From Eukaryota sp. TZLM1-RC (Eukaryota > Protista > Metamonada: BaSk clade), in assembly GCA_040285825.1 (NCBI GenBank), contig JAUPSS010000004.1, positions 5,361,784 through 5,425,783 of the forward strand: DNA of 64,000 nt. Reading direction: 5' to 3'. The notes beneath the pieces are model-generated. The model was not told the DNA's origin. It made no database searches and saw only the letters and a list, made by a program, of their open reading frames with translations. This document shows positions 33,301 through 43,933 of the stretch, piece by piece. A program made the translations under genes and the position numbers. The first letter of the stretch is position 1. Every line of letters begins with the position of its first letter.

Positions 33301-36300
33301 AAAGCAATTGCTGCTGGAAATTATTATTCTTTGTTTGTAACTGAAGAAGGCAAAGTTTTAGTTATTGGTGATAATGATAAAGGTCAATTAGGTCTTGGAG
33401 AAGTGGAAAAAGCTGAGGTTTTAACTGAAATTCCAAATATTGAGAATGTTTCTGGGGTGAAGGCATTTGAGGATTCTGCTGTTTTAGTTTCTAATGGAGA
33501 ACTCTATATTTCTGGTGAACTTGGTAAGTTTTTCTTTGGTGAACCTTGTACAACTTTTACCAAAATTCCAGAGGTAAAGTACACTCCTTGTTTGGATTAT
33601 TCAAAACTTGGTTTTGTTGAACCAATTGATATCGACTATTCTAAAGACGAAACTAGAATTAACTATTTGAATAGAATCCGCACTGACGATGAATTAGCTG
33701 ATATAATTGTTGTCAATGAAAATGAGTTTGTTTTTAATCATGATTCCAATCACGGAAAGATGACTTTGACATTCCCAAATATTCAGCGATTATTCGCCAT
33801 AGAAGATCTTCCTGTTGTATGCACCAAAGACTTGACCTATTACATTATTGATTCTGATTATAAAGATCCTGAAGAAGTTTATCATAGTATAAAGGGGTTG
33901 GATTCAATTGAGATGAAACATTTTGTACTTTCAGAAGAATTTTTCTTTGGTCTTGACACCAATGGTAATCTGTATTTGATCAATGAAGACTTGGAAGCGG
34001 ACGAGTTTACTCGATTGAAAAATGTTCGTCAGATTTCGCTTTTTAAATCATCAGCAGCCTTTGTTACTTTTGATGGTTTACTTTGGTTATGGGATAAAGA
34101 TAGTTATGGTGCTACTAATGGTCAATTAATTCGTCATCCATGCTTACTTAACGTAAAGCAAGCTGCTATTGGTGAGTTAGATTATTATCACCACCTTCAT
34201 TTAGTGGTTTTAAATGATGGAACCTTACTTGGCTGGGGTAATACAAAACTTCTTGGTTTTGGTGATCATGATTCAGATAAAATCCCAATGGAAACTCCTG
34301 TAATTATTGATGTTCCACCTATTGAATACGTGGCAGTTTCGGGAGATCATGCTATTTGTTTAACAAAAGAAGGAACTGTTTATACTTTTGGTTCTAATAA
34401 CTATGGTAAATGTGGAGTGGATTCAGATGATGAGGTTATTCCTCCAACTTTATTATCGTTTGAAGGTGTTGATCACGTTGCCATTAGTGAAAACAATTCT
34501 TATTTTATTAAAGATGATGTGATTTATGCTTGTGGTAAGTGTAACGGAATCTTCGCGAAAACCTTACCTCTTCATCAATTCAAACCAACTATTTCCTTGT
34601 TAACTGGGGTAAAGTCAAGACCACTAGCAAAACCTTTAACAGATTGGTCAGTTGAAGACAATTCCTTGGTGTTGAAGAATGCTATGCAGAATCTTGGCAG
34701 AATTGCTCAATATGGTGATAGATTGGTTTATGTCAATAATGAAGGTATCGTTATTGGTACCGGAAGTAATCATTCTTATCAATTAGGATTGGGCCACTCT
34801 GATGCCGTTTCTGAGTTTGTTCAAATTCCATTGTTGAGTTCTATTCAAAGTCTGTATCTATCTAAAAATTTTTCTCTTTTTCAATCTTTAGAAGGTGAAG
34901 TTTATGGATGTGGACGTTATCTCGATGCATTTGAAAGCTTAACTGATGAGGTGATCATTGATGGTTCTCAGAAATTTGTTATGATTCTTGGTAATCTGGG
35001 TTTCATTAATGGAGTTTTTAATGACTTTTCTAAATCTGTCTTGCTTTTGAATGGTACCGCAACGTTGCATGAGAAGGGTTTTGAACCAATCACATTACTC
35101 TCAGATGTTGTTCAAATGGTAGTTTCTGACATTAACAGTTTTTGGTTGCTCACTTCTAGTGGTAATGTTTACCGCTATTTTAGATCTCTCAAACGTATTA
35201 TTGGTTTGTCTAGAGTTGTTCTACTTTCCGTTAGTAAAACTCATGGTCTTGCTTTACTTGATGATGGAAGTGTGGTTTCTTGGGGTAAGGCTACTTTCAA
35301 TGCTCTTGGTTATGACTTTGATGACGTTCCTGATGACGTTTACTTGGATGATGGAGATGGCAGTGTTCCAGAGTATTCAGACAGTGAGGATGAATTTGGG
35401 TTCTCCACTCATGAAACTTTCCATTACAAAATAATCCCTAATTTACCCAAAGTTAAAGCAATTGCTACTGGAAATTATTATTCTTTGTTTGTAACTGAAG
35501 AAGGCAAAGTTTTAGTTATTGGTGATAATGATAAAGGTCAAATAGGTCTTGGAGAAGTGGAAAAAGCTGAGGTTTTAACCGAAATTCCAAATATTGAGAA
35601 TGTTTCTGGGGTGAAGGCATTTGAGGATTCTTCTGTTTTAGTTTCTAATGCAGAACTCTATATTTCTGGTGAACTTGGTAAGTTTTTCTTTGGTGAACCT
35701 TGTACTACTTTTACCAAAATTCCAGAGGTAAAGTACACTCCTTGTTTGGATTATTCAAAGCTTGGTTTTGTTGAACCAAATGATATCGACTATTCTAAAG
35801 ACGAAACTAGAATTAACTATTTGAATAGAATCCGCTCATTAGGATCTTGGGAGTTCTACTTCTTAGATTCCAAACAAAATTATTGTAAACGTCATTCAGG
35901 TACTATTGTTGGATTTCCTTTGGGTGATGATGTTGTTGAGATTTACATGGTGGAAGTCTGTCCCATCATTTGTAATTCTAAAGGACAATATTTCATTATT
36001 AATAATGCTGATAAATCTGAACGTCATCATATTTCTGGATTGGATAATGTAAAGGTAAAGTACTTCTGCCGTTATGGTAGTCTATTCAATGAATTTAGTG
36101 AAGTTCTTGCTTTAACTACTGAAGGTAATGTTTATATCATTAAACTTTCTAGAAGGACATCGATTCCTACTGGTGAAGCCCAATTATTGTCAGAAATTTC
36201 AAATGTAAGGCAAATGACTTTTGCATCTGGATTTTGTACATTTGTTACTTTTGATGGTTCTCTTTATTATTGGAATCGAAATGACTCTGATGCCAGTCTT

Positions 36301-38538
36301 GTTCGCCATCCCACATTACGCAATGTTAAACAGGTTGCAATTGGAACAATATCTCATTTGACTGAATCAATATTTGTGGTTTTAAATGATGGAACTTTGC
36401 TAGGTTCAGGAAGGAAGTGTTATCTTGGTTTTGGTGATCATAAATCAGATGAAATTCCAATGGAAACTCCTGTAATTATTGATGTTCCACCTATTGAATA
36501 CGTGGCAGTTTCGCGAGATCATGCTATTTGTTTAACCAAAGAAGGAACTGTTTATACTTTTGGTTCTAATAACTATGGTAAATGTGGAGTGAATTCAGAT
36601 GATGAGGTTATTACTCCAACTTTACTACCATTTGAAGGTGTTGATCACGTTGCTACTGGTGAAGACTGCACTTTCCTGATTAAAGATGATCAACTTTATC
36701 GATGTGGTATGCATAATGATTCTCTTTGTGGAGATTCATCTGGCTTTGTTCCAGTTGCTTCTTTCAAGTATGGGTGCGCGTTAAAGGATTTAGATAAAGC
36801 GATTGAAGAGTATGAAAAGAAAGAATGTATTGTTGAAGAGCAGGAAGGTAATCAGCACAATGTTGAAGAAGTAACCAAGGAAGTTGAAGTTGATCAAGAA
36901 GAATCCACTGAGCAAGTCGAAACTCAACCAGCAGTTGATGATTCAGTAACCAAGGAAGTTGAAGTTGATCAAGAAGAATCCACTGAGCAAGTTGAAACTC
37001 AACCAACAGTTGATGATTCAGTAACCAAGGAAGTTGAAGTTGATCAAGAAGAATCCATTGAGCAAGTCGAAACTCAACCAACAGTTGATGATTCAGTAAC
37101 CAAGGAAGTTGAAGTTGATCAAGAAGAATCCATTGAGCAAGTCGAAACTCAACCAGCAGTTGATGATTCAGTAACCAAGGAAGTTGAAGTTGATCAAGAA
37201 AAATCCACTGAGCAAGTCGAAACTCAACCAACAGTTGATGATTCAGTAACCAAGGCAGTTGAAGTTGATCAAGAAGAATCCACTGAGCAAGTCGAAACTC
37301 AACCAGCAGTTGATGATTCAGTAACCAAGGAAGTTGAAGTTGATCAAGAAGAATCCACTGAGCAAGTCGAAACTCAACCAGCAGTTGATGATTCAGTAAC
37401 CAAGGAAGTTGAAGTTGATCAAGAAGAATCCACTGAGCAAGTTGAAACTCAACCAACAGTTGATGATTCAGTAACCAAGGAAGTTGAAGTTGATCAAGAA
37501 GAATCCATTGAGCAAGTCGAAACTCAACCAACAGTTGATGATTCAGTAACCAAGGCAGTTGAAGTTGATCAAGAAGAATCCACTGAGCAAGTCGAAACTC
37601 AACCAGCAGTTGATGATTCAGTAACCAAGGAAGTTGAAGTTGATCAAGAAGAATCCACTGAGCAAGTCGAAACTCAACCAGCAGTTGATGATTCAGTAAC
37701 CAAGGAAGTTGAAGTTGATCAAGAAGAATCCACTGAGCAAGTCGAAACTCAACCAGCAGTTGATGATTCAGTAACCAAGGAAGTTGAAGTTGATCAAGAA
37801 GAATCCATTGAGCAAGTCGAAACTCAACCAGCAGTTGATGATTCAGTAACCAAGGTAGTTGAAGTTGATCAAGAAGAATCCACTGAGCAAGTCGAAACTC
37901 AACCAGCAGTTGATGATTCAGTAACCAAGGAAGTTGAAGTTGATCAAGAAGAATCCATTGAGCAAGTCGAAACTCAACCAGCAGTTGATGATTCAGTAAC
38001 CAAGGAAGTTGAAGTTGATCAAGAAGAATCCACTGAGCAAGTTGAAACTCAACCAACAGTTGATGATTCAGTAACCAAGGCAGTTGAAGTTGATCAAGAA
38101 GAATCCACTGAGCAAGTTGAAACTCCTGTTGTTATCTCTACCAAAGGTGACAATTTTGAAACGGTAGTGAAGAGTCCTCTCAGCAGTGTTCAGAGTCAGC
38201 TTCCTTTAGATATTTGCCATCAAGGCTATCTTACCAAACAAGGTGGCTTCTTTAAAACGTGGAAAAGAAGATGGTTCGTTCTCAAGGAGTGTACCCTCAG
38301 TTATTACGCTGACCCTTTTGATACCAATGCTAAAAAGCGTTTAGTGATTGAAAAAGATTCTATTGTTAAGGAGCTCAGCTTAACCCAGTATAAGTCACTC
38401 AAATTCCAAAAAGCTAGATCGCTTTATCTAGTTTTCCAATCACAACCTGGTCAGCGAGAGTTTTATTTACTGGCATCTTCCAGAGAAGAGCGTGATTACT
38501 GGATAGACAGAATTAGTGCAGCTATTCCAACTATTTAG
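30340..38538 (+). CDS. Giant RCC1-repeat protein with acidic tandem-repeat stalk and C-terminal PH domain (2732 aa)
   Basis: Many RCC1 blades (HAICLTKEGTVYTFGSNNYGKCG; YSLFVTEEGKVLVIGDNDKGQLG), 25-aa repeats, PH motif QGYLTKQGGFFKTWKRRWFVL...WIDRI; start may be 30370. Confidence 0.88.
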   Translation: MGISHITVVSMSNRFKPSSPVSFLVTGGCCALLTGDSSIVPLQYSASHNQRKIHLTQHFHVVETEDLMYIALQQCCFGGSFVCDPVPLPSLSSLKISTFASTKQHLYAISSDNILHKIDLLALTSSEFSLPFKPRQMEVANDKISLVSTEGELYSLNASNGEVTHESMNDIDNFALGADCSLFSSFDRKLHAIDMTDNQSTPITDINDVTHVSISGNNGICATDSHVYVLTLSKTEVITPKILFSCPVTDFTDPISNVYVTPSGFYVVCPNTVFFAELPNESSDETYNFQKLLVFDDNNEAHLVTKQDIAQESFVVDEEQTKTNESQNPTQNQESLNTTSVDNITLQSAYDSDSSSINSNSAKESEDEDISDLNGTVESTVDYSSLGNPELCNVDQKHDERRLYFENKFSIGEYPIFAVNNVCFVFDEHRRRKISVNCGDIDKIFTSHVGPFFKSSDGKYFAVDCEDIDDMEVQELKGLDNLDIIAFTPFPLISDGTVHVPKLDEDSEEIVFVSFPTLVNIRQISACDELTAFVTFDGYVWLWNMKEDEIFKHKNLRHVSQISVSSSQGLVVLNDGTLLGWSSDEECGFMPSGVGKIPMETPVIIDVPPIEYVAVSRDHAICLTKEGTVYTFGSNNYGKCGVNSDDDVITPTLLPFEGVDHVAIGKDNSYFIKDNVIYACGEEDGLLRKSFSDCSSFKQSICFSNGLKMTSPQLLKQPWDNEANAKLIKEASHGLNRIAFGNWGNLLYVNKEGKLLAKGDNSNDVLGICKESEDSFTQVINGNDVTDVFMAGRATFFKTQSGRVFACGDGEKLAIPSTRNEDGEYITKIQVAIPYEEVNNAKFFCGDRRNIAVLFQDGKSGILVEEKGLLYPKVVCNSPNAMITSNNDSEWFVKEDGTVYRASPKLRRIVGLSNVVMLSVSDYHGLALLNDGNVVAWGRCCYDSDSAVEEVDLNFEFVSTPSCFTSEDENGFGSNYLFKIIPNLPKVKAIAAGNYYSLFVTEEGKVLVIGDNDKGQLGLGEVEKAEVLTEIPNIENVSGVKAFEDSAVLVSNGELYISGELGKFFFGEPCTTFTKIPEVKYTPCLDYSKLGFVEPIDIDYSKDETRINYLNRIRTDDELADIIVVNENEFVFNHDSNHGKMTLTFPNIQRLFAIEDLPVVCTKDLTYYIIDSDYKDPEEVYHSIKGLDSIEMKHFVLSEEFFFGLDTNGNLYLINEDLEADEFTRLKNVRQISLFKSSAAFVTFDGLLWLWDKDSYGATNGQLIRHPCLLNVKQAAIGELDYYHHLHLVVLNDGTLLGWGNTKLLGFGDHDSDKIPMETPVIIDVPPIEYVAVSGDHAICLTKEGTVYTFGSNNYGKCGVDSDDEVIPPTLLSFEGVDHVAISENNSYFIKDDVIYACGKCNGIFAKTLPLHQFKPTISLLTGVKSRPLAKPLTDWSVEDNSLVLKNAMQNLGRIAQYGDRLVYVNNEGIVIGTGSNHSYQLGLGHSDAVSEFVQIPLLSSIQSLYLSKNFSLFQSLEGEVYGCGRYLDAFESLTDEVIIDGSQKFVMILGNLGFINGVFNDFSKSVLLLNGTATLHEKGFEPITLLSDVVQMVVSDINSFWLLTSSGNVYRYFRSLKRIIGLSRVVLLSVSKTHGLALLDDGSVVSWGKATFNALGYDFDDVPDDVYLDDGDGSVPEYSDSEDEFGFSTHETFHYKIIPNLPKVKAIATGNYYSLFVTEEGKVLVIGDNDKGQIGLGEVEKAEVLTEIPNIENVSGVKAFEDSSVLVSNAELYISGELGKFFFGEPCTTFTKIPEVKYTPCLDYSKLGFVEPNDIDYSKDETRINYLNRIRSLGSWEFYFLDSKQNYCKRHSGTIVGFPLGDDVVEIYMVEVCPIICNSKGQYFIINNADKSERHHISGLDNVKVKYFCRYGSLFNEFSEVLALTTEGNVYIIKLSRRTSIPTGEAQLLSEISNVRQMTFASGFCTFVTFDGSLYYWNRNDSDASLVRHPTLRNVKQVAIGTISHLTESIFVVLNDGTLLGSGRKCYLGFGDHKSDEIPMETPVIIDVPPIEYVAVSRDHAICLTKEGTVYTFGSNNYGKCGVNSDDEVITPTLLPFEGVDHVATGEDCTFLIKDDQLYRCGMHNDSLCGDSSGFVPVASFKYGCALKDLDKAIEEYEKKECIVEEQEGNQHNVEEVTKEVEVDQEESTEQVETQPAVDDSVTKEVEVDQEESTEQVETQPTVDDSVTKEVEVDQEESIEQVETQPTVDDSVTKEVEVDQEESIEQVETQPAVDDSVTKEVEVDQEKSTEQVETQPTVDDSVTKAVEVDQEESTEQVETQPAVDDSVTKEVEVDQEESTEQVETQPAVDDSVTKEVEVDQEESTEQVETQPTVDDSVTKEVEVDQEESIEQVETQPTVDDSVTKAVEVDQEESTEQVETQPAVDDSVTKEVEVDQEESTEQVETQPAVDDSVTKEVEVDQEESTEQVETQPAVDDSVTKEVEVDQEESIEQVETQPAVDDSVTKVVEVDQEESTEQVETQPAVDDSVTKEVEVDQEESIEQVETQPAVDDSVTKEVEVDQEESTEQVETQPTVDDSVTKAVEVDQEESTEQVETPVVISTKGDNFETVVKSPLSSVQSQLPLDICHQGYLTKQGGFFKTWKRRWFVLKECTLSYYADPFDTNAKKRLVIEKDSIVKELSLTQYKSLKFQKARSLYLVFQSQPGQREFYLLASSREERDYWIDRISAAIPTI
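36871..38125 (+). repeat. Coding tandem repeat, 75-bp unit x ~16.7 (VTKEVEVDQEESTEQVETQPAVDDS)
   Basis: Units start at 36871, 36946, 37021 ... 38071. Confidence 0.97.
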
Positions 38539-38952
38539 TCCAATTATTTGTAGATTTATTGTGTTGTTTTTTTTTATTTTGTATAAATATTGATTTAGTA
38601 GATGGTATGATTAACTGTAAACTGTAACTTCACTGTGTCCCATCCAACTACCGACCGCTTAACTCTCTGTTAAGGTAGTACAAAGCCAAGGATCAACAGC
38701 AAGACAACATTTATAAAAAACATTTTTAGTTACAAAATTGGAAAAACTATTGCTGGAAATCCGTAGCTATCTTTACCATTTAAAAATAATTTTAATAGAA
38801 AGGATGATGTTGTATTTCTTTCTCTTAATTAATTTTTATCATTACAATTGAAAACAATGATCACATTTAAAAAAAATTGAATTGCCAATTGAATAAACTT
38901 GATCAATTGACAATTTGTTGAAAAACAATTTTCAGCCAACATATTGTTAAAA

Positions 38953-39071
38953 GGATGCAGCACCCAGTGTTCGCTGGTGGTCTCCCACCCAACTACTGAC
39001 CAGGCCTGTGGCCGCTTATCTTCGGAATTCGGAATGGGATCTGGTGCTATAGACCAAGTATGGCCGCATCC
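38953..39071 (-). rRNA. 5S rRNA copy 1 (two substitutions relative to array consensus)
   Basis: GGATGCGGCCATAC...GGGTGCTGCATCC followed by TTTT Pol III terminator. Confidence 0.93.
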
Positions 39072-39336
39072 AATAGTAAACCGATAGTTGCAAATGTAAA
39101 CATTAAATGATCACAAACTTCACAAAATTTATTTAAATCTTGACTTTCTTTTGAATCATTAGATTCCATTAATAAAAACTCATATTTGAATTAATGTCAA
39201 AAATGATTCTGTTGTTACAAAACTAGATTAAAACACATTTGTAATTCTTTAAAAATGTGATGTCGCATTGAAGCACCACTGCCTAAAATAATCAGAGAAT
39301 TAAAAACAATAATTGTCAGGCAACCAAATATCAAAA

Positions 39337-39455
39337 GTATGCAGCACCCAGTGTTCGCTGGTGGTCTCCCACCCAACTACTGACCAGGCCTGTGGCCGCT
39401 TAACTTCGGAATTCGGAATGGGATCCGGTGCTATAGACCAAGTATGGCCGCATCC
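39337..39455 (-). rRNA. 5S rRNA copy 2
   Basis: Array consensus with a 3'-terminal variant. Confidence 0.93.
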
Positions 39456-39720
39456 AATAGTAAACCGATAGTTGCAAATGTAAACATTAAATGATCACAA
39501 ACTTAACAAAATTTATTAAAATCTTGACTTTCTTTTGAATCATCAGATTCCATTAATAAAAACTCATATTTGAATTAATGTCAGAAATGATTCTGTTGTT
39601 ACAAAACTAGATTAAAATACATTTGTAATTCTTTAAAATTGTAATGTCGCATTGAAGCACCACTGCTTTAAATAAGCAGAGAATTAAAAACAATAATTGT
39701 CAGGCAATCAAATATCAAAA

Positions 39721-39839
39721 GGATGCAGCACCCAGTGTTCGCTGGTGGTCTCCCACCCAACTACTGACCAGGCCTGTGGCCGCTTAACTTCGGAATTCGG
39801 AATGGGATCCGGTGCTATAGACCAAGTATGTCCGCATCC
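39721..39839 (-). rRNA. 5S rRNA copy 3
   Basis: Array consensus, one substitution. Confidence 0.93.
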
Positions 39840-40104
39840 AATAGTAAAGCGATAGTTGCAAATGTAAACATTAAATGATCACAAACTTCACAAAATTTAT
39901 TAAAATCTTGACTTTCTTTTGAATCATTAGATTCCATTAATAAAAACTCATATTTGAATTAATGTCAGAAATGATTCTGTTTTTACAAAATTAGATTATA
40001 ATACATTTGTAATTCTTCAAAAATGTGATGTCGCATTGAAGCACCACTGCCTAAAATAATCAGAGAATTAAAAACAATAATTGTCAGGCAACCAAATATC
40101 AAAA

Positions 40105-40223
40105 GAATGCAGCACCCAGTGTTCGCTGGTGGTCTCCCACCCAACTACTGACCAGGCCTGTGGCCGCTTAACTTCGGAATTCGGAATGGGATCCGGTGCT
40201 ATAGACCAAGTATGGCCGCATCC
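40105..40223 (-). rRNA. 5S rRNA copy 4
   Basis: Array consensus with a 3'-terminal variant. Confidence 0.93.
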
Positions 40224-40488
40224 AACAGTAAACCGATAGTTGCAAATGTAAACATTAAATGATCACAAACTGAACAAAATTTATTAAAATCTTGACTTTC
40301 TTTTGAATCATCAGATTCCATTAATAAAAACTCATATTTGAATTAATGTCGGAAATGATTCTGTTGTTACAAAACTAGATTATAATACATTTGTAATTCT
40401 TTAAAAAAATGATGTCGTATTGAAGCATTGCTGTCTTAACTAAGCAGATAATTAAAAACAATAATTGTCAGGCAACCAAATATCAAAA

Positions 40489-40607
40489 AAATGCAGCACC
40501 CAGTGTTCGCTGGTGGTCTCCCACCCAACTACTGACCAGGCCTGTGGCCGCTCAACTTCGGAATTCGGAATGGGATCCGGTGCTATAGACAAAGTATGGC
40601 CGCATCC
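40489..40607 (-). rRNA. 5S rRNA copy 5 (several variants)
   Basis: 3' CC changed to TT, plus two internal substitutions. Confidence 0.9.
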
Positions 40608-40871
40608 AATAGTAAACCGATAGTTGCAAATGTAAACATTAAATGATCACAAACTTAACAAAATTTATTAAAATCTTGACTTTCTGTTGAATCATCAGAT
40701 TCCATTAATAAAAACTCATATTTGAATTAATGTCAGAAATGATTCTGTTGTTACAAAACTAGATTAAAATACATTTGTAATTCTTTAAAATTGTGATGTC
40801 GCATTGAAGCACCGCTGCTTTAAATAAGCAGAGAATTAAAACAATAATTGTCAGGCAACCAAATATCAAAA

Positions 40872-40990
40872 GGATGCAGCACCCAGTGTTCGCTGGTGGT
40901 CTCCCACCCAACTACTGACCAGGCCTGTGACCGCTTAACTTCGGAATTCGGAATGGGATCCGGTGCTATAGACCAAGTATGGCCGCATCC
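40872..40990 (-). rRNA. 5S rRNA copy 6
   Basis: Array consensus, one substitution. Confidence 0.93.
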
Positions 40991-41348
40991 AATAGTAAAC
41001 CGATAGTTGCAAATGTAAACATTAAATGATCACAAACTTCACAAAATTTATTTAAATCTTGACTTTCTTTTGAATCATTAGATTCCATTAATAAAAACTC
41101 ATATTTGAATTAATGTCAGAAATGATTCTGTTGTTACAAAACTAGATTAAAATACATTTGTAATTCTTTAAAAATGTGATGTCGCATTGAAGCACCGCTG
41201 CCTTAAATAAGCAGAGAATTAAAAACAATAATTGTCAGGCAACCAAATATCAAAAGGATGCAGCACCCAGTGTTCGCTGGTGGTCTCCCACCCAACTACT
41301 GACCAGGCCTGTGGCCGCTTAACTTCGGAATTCGGAATGGGATCCGGT

Positions 41349-43933
41349 TAGGATTTCGATTTGAGTTGAGTCGAGTTAACTCGAGTCAAACTTATCTGAC
41401 TCAACTCGACTCATGAGTCAAATGAGTTGACTCGACTCGACTCATGAGTCAAACGAGTCGACTCGACTCGACTCATTCTTACATCCATTGACTCGACTCG
41501 ACTCATGAGTCAATTAAGTTGACTCGACTCGACTCGACTCATTCTTACATCCATTGAGACAAGTCCACCTTAACATTATCATAACCATTGTTCTATTTAC
41601 ATTTTTGATTACTGTTCTGTTCAAATATCATGTCATATCAAATAAAAATCATACTTTATTTCAAAATGTTCAAACGTAAAAACTAAAATCTACTCACCTC
41701 ACTATAACTAACTATCAACCATTATGTGTTGTTTTTTATACCATGACCTTAAACATAACAAACATCTTGCAGTATCTTCGTTCAAACGAGCTCTCTTTTT
41801 GCTGATTATTTGACTAGCGGCTGAAAATAGGCGTTCACTTGATGCGGAACTGGGTTGTACAACAAGATAATCTTTTGCAATCTTAGCCAAGCTTGGATAC
41901 TTTTTCACATTCTCCATCCACCACAGATAGGGATCGGTTTCATAATCTACAATACCTTCCTTGAGATAACATTTCAGTTCATTTTCGACATGGAGATTCA
42001 TTACATTGGATTTCTTGGCAGCAACTTTATTGAACAATCCCTTTTTCCTTACTGTTTGCTTTGTTCCAGCTTCTACAATGGTTGGTTGACTAGTTGAACT
42101 CACTGATTGAATCATTCTATTCAGTTGACTAAAGTCGGCATCGACTTCTTGTAGTTCCACTGGTAAGAGACTTGGATTGTTTTTAATCCTAGGGTCCAGA
42201 ATAGTTCCAATCAAAGTCATTTCGTCGTACAATAAACTTCTATACGGTACACGGTTTCTACTCCCACTTTCCCACTTTTTGAGAATATTTGTAGATGCTT
42301 TTTTGACACAGTCAGGTATGTTCATTGCGGTAATCAAATCTCTGGCTTTCTGGATTATCAAATTCATTGATACAGAAGCCACGCCAATTGTACACGACTC
42401 ACTTTCAACATCATCAGTGGCGTCCTTAAAGAGTTCCAGAATTTCAACAATTATCTTCAAGTGTAGCTTTTCTATGTCAGTCAATAAGTATTTAGCAAGG
42501 GATTGATCACCTTGAAGAAGCTGTTGGACACAATTTGCAACTTCACGGTAAGTTGCCAGCATTTGATAAAAAGAATTCCATCTTGTTTCAACATACATTG
42601 GAATCGTACTGAGGTTGTAACCAGCATCTTTTAATAAACATTTTAAATTCTGGTACAGTTTGTGTGAACCATGAAGCTCCAATACAAACTCTTTGATTTT
42701 TCTTGTGAAATCAGCTGTCAAATTGACATAATCTTGTACAAAAATATTGAAAACATGAGCAGAACATCTGCGACCATTGGAAATCCAATTTGCAGCATTT
42801 GCAATTGCCAATTCGTTGTCCGTAGTGACAGAAATAATTCCTTCTTCAAGATGAAAATCTTTTACGATAGCAGAAAGTCCAGAAATCAAATGAGATTCAT
42901 CGTGAGGGTACGGCATTTTTCTCATGTCAAGAGCAACATGGCAGGGCTTGAAATCATTGTCTAACCAATGGGCTGTTACTCCCAAAAAAGGACTTTTGGC
43001 TACTGAAGACCAAAGATCCGCTGTTAAAGCGATTTTCGAATTTGACGCTTGGAGAGTGTCTTTGAGTCTAGACTGTTCTTCCTCAAACAGCTGTTCACAG
43101 AATTTTTTCTGAGTATCCTTTTTCTTCAGCTCAAATTCCGGATTTAGGGCAGCAATAAACATTTGAAAACTCTCATGTTCGACAATATTAAAAGGCAGAT
43201 CACAATCCACCAATACTTTGGTGAATAAACCTTGGAGCATATCTTGTTTCTGCTTCTTTTGCTGTTGCGGAGTCCCGAACAGAGTATTTGATTGAATGGG
43301 ATTGTTTGCTTTCCAGGTAGGATGTTGAGAATGTAGGTGCCTTTTGATTGTGGTGGTCGAAAGAGACTGCGAATTCCAGGAGGGTCCATGACAGTGCTTG
43401 CATGTCTTTTTGCCAGGGGCCCTTTGCTTATCTGTTACATGGGGCCACACATCAGATCTTTGTCGAGGGGAACTTATTTCAGTTGTTGGTTGAGTTTCAG
43501 AAGCATCATCGTAATATCTGTTCGGAACAATTGACATGGGTACAGCAAAGTTTCTTATATCCGAGAATCGTCGAGGTTCTTGAATTTGTTCTACGTCAAC
43601 AACAGGAATATTGGACATTGCTAACAGAATAGATAAGAGTTACAAAAGAAAAAACGGTGTCTTTATTACAGGTCTAGAATGTACAATCTTTTGATGATCT
43701 TTTGATTGATGTTAGATACAAGTTGTTGGTTTATTAAGGATCAACAACGCAATTTTGACATGTTTTTGAAAAATAGGAGAGGAAGAGGTTTTATGCCGCA
43801 AGTTGACGAATGTGAGTCGACTTGACTCATTTGAATAATAAGTGACTCGACTCGACTCATGAGTCAAACGAGTCGAGTCGAGTCGAGTCAACTCGAAACT
43901 CAATGAGTTGACTCAACTCAAATCGAAATCCTA
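41349..43933 (-). mobile_element. Intact autonomous hAT DNA transposon, 2585 bp
   Basis: Perfect 24-bp TIR TAGGATTTCGATTTGAGTTGAGTC; 8-bp TSD GATCCGGT (41341-41348 and 43934-43941); subterminal GACTC/GAGTC pentamer arrays. Confidence 0.97.
41708..43618 (-). CDS. hAT transposase (BED zinc finger, DDE, hATC dimerisation domain)
   Basis: CKHC..HL...H, TADLWS, VTTDN, CSAH, TRWNS, LDPR, PSSASSERLFS; 636 aa uninterrupted. Confidence 0.96.
   Translation of the reverse strand: MSNIPVVDVEQIQEPRRFSDIRNFAVPMSIVPNRYYDDASETQPTTEISSPRQRSDVWPHVTDKQRAPGKKTCKHCHGPSWNSQSLSTTTIKRHLHSQHPTWKANNPIQSNTLFGTPQQQKKQKQDMLQGLFTKVLVDCDLPFNIVEHESFQMFIAALNPEFELKKKDTQKKFCEQLFEEEQSRLKDTLQASNSKIALTADLWSSVAKSPFLGVTAHWLDNDFKPCHVALDMRKMPYPHDESHLISGLSAIVKDFHLEEGIISVTTDNELAIANAANWISNGRRCSAHVFNIFVQDYVNLTADFTRKIKEFVLELHGSHKLYQNLKCLLKDAGYNLSTIPMYVETRWNSFYQMLATYREVANCVQQLLQGDQSLAKYLLTDIEKLHLKIIVEILELFKDATDDVESESCTIGVASVSMNLIIQKARDLITAMNIPDCVKKASTNILKKWESGSRNRVPYRSLLYDEMTLIGTILDPRIKNNPSLLPVELQEVDADFSQLNRMIQSVSSTSQPTIVEAGTKQTVRKKGLFNKVAAKKSNVMNLHVENELKCYLKEGIVDYETDPYLWWMENVKKYPSLAKIAKDYLVVQPSSASSERLFSAASQIISKKRARLNEDTARCLLCLRSWYKKQHIMVDS

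Noticed and set aside
36764-38056. 430-aa antisense ORF with 25-aa periodicity
   Set aside because: By-product of the stop-free 75-bp coding repeat on the opposite strand.
39072-39336. SL RNA or snoRNA in the 5S spacer (AATTTTGTG Sm-like site, CTGCTT/AAGCAG hairpin)
   Set aside because: The motifs are short, vary between units without consistent compensation, and are expected by chance in AT-rich DNA.
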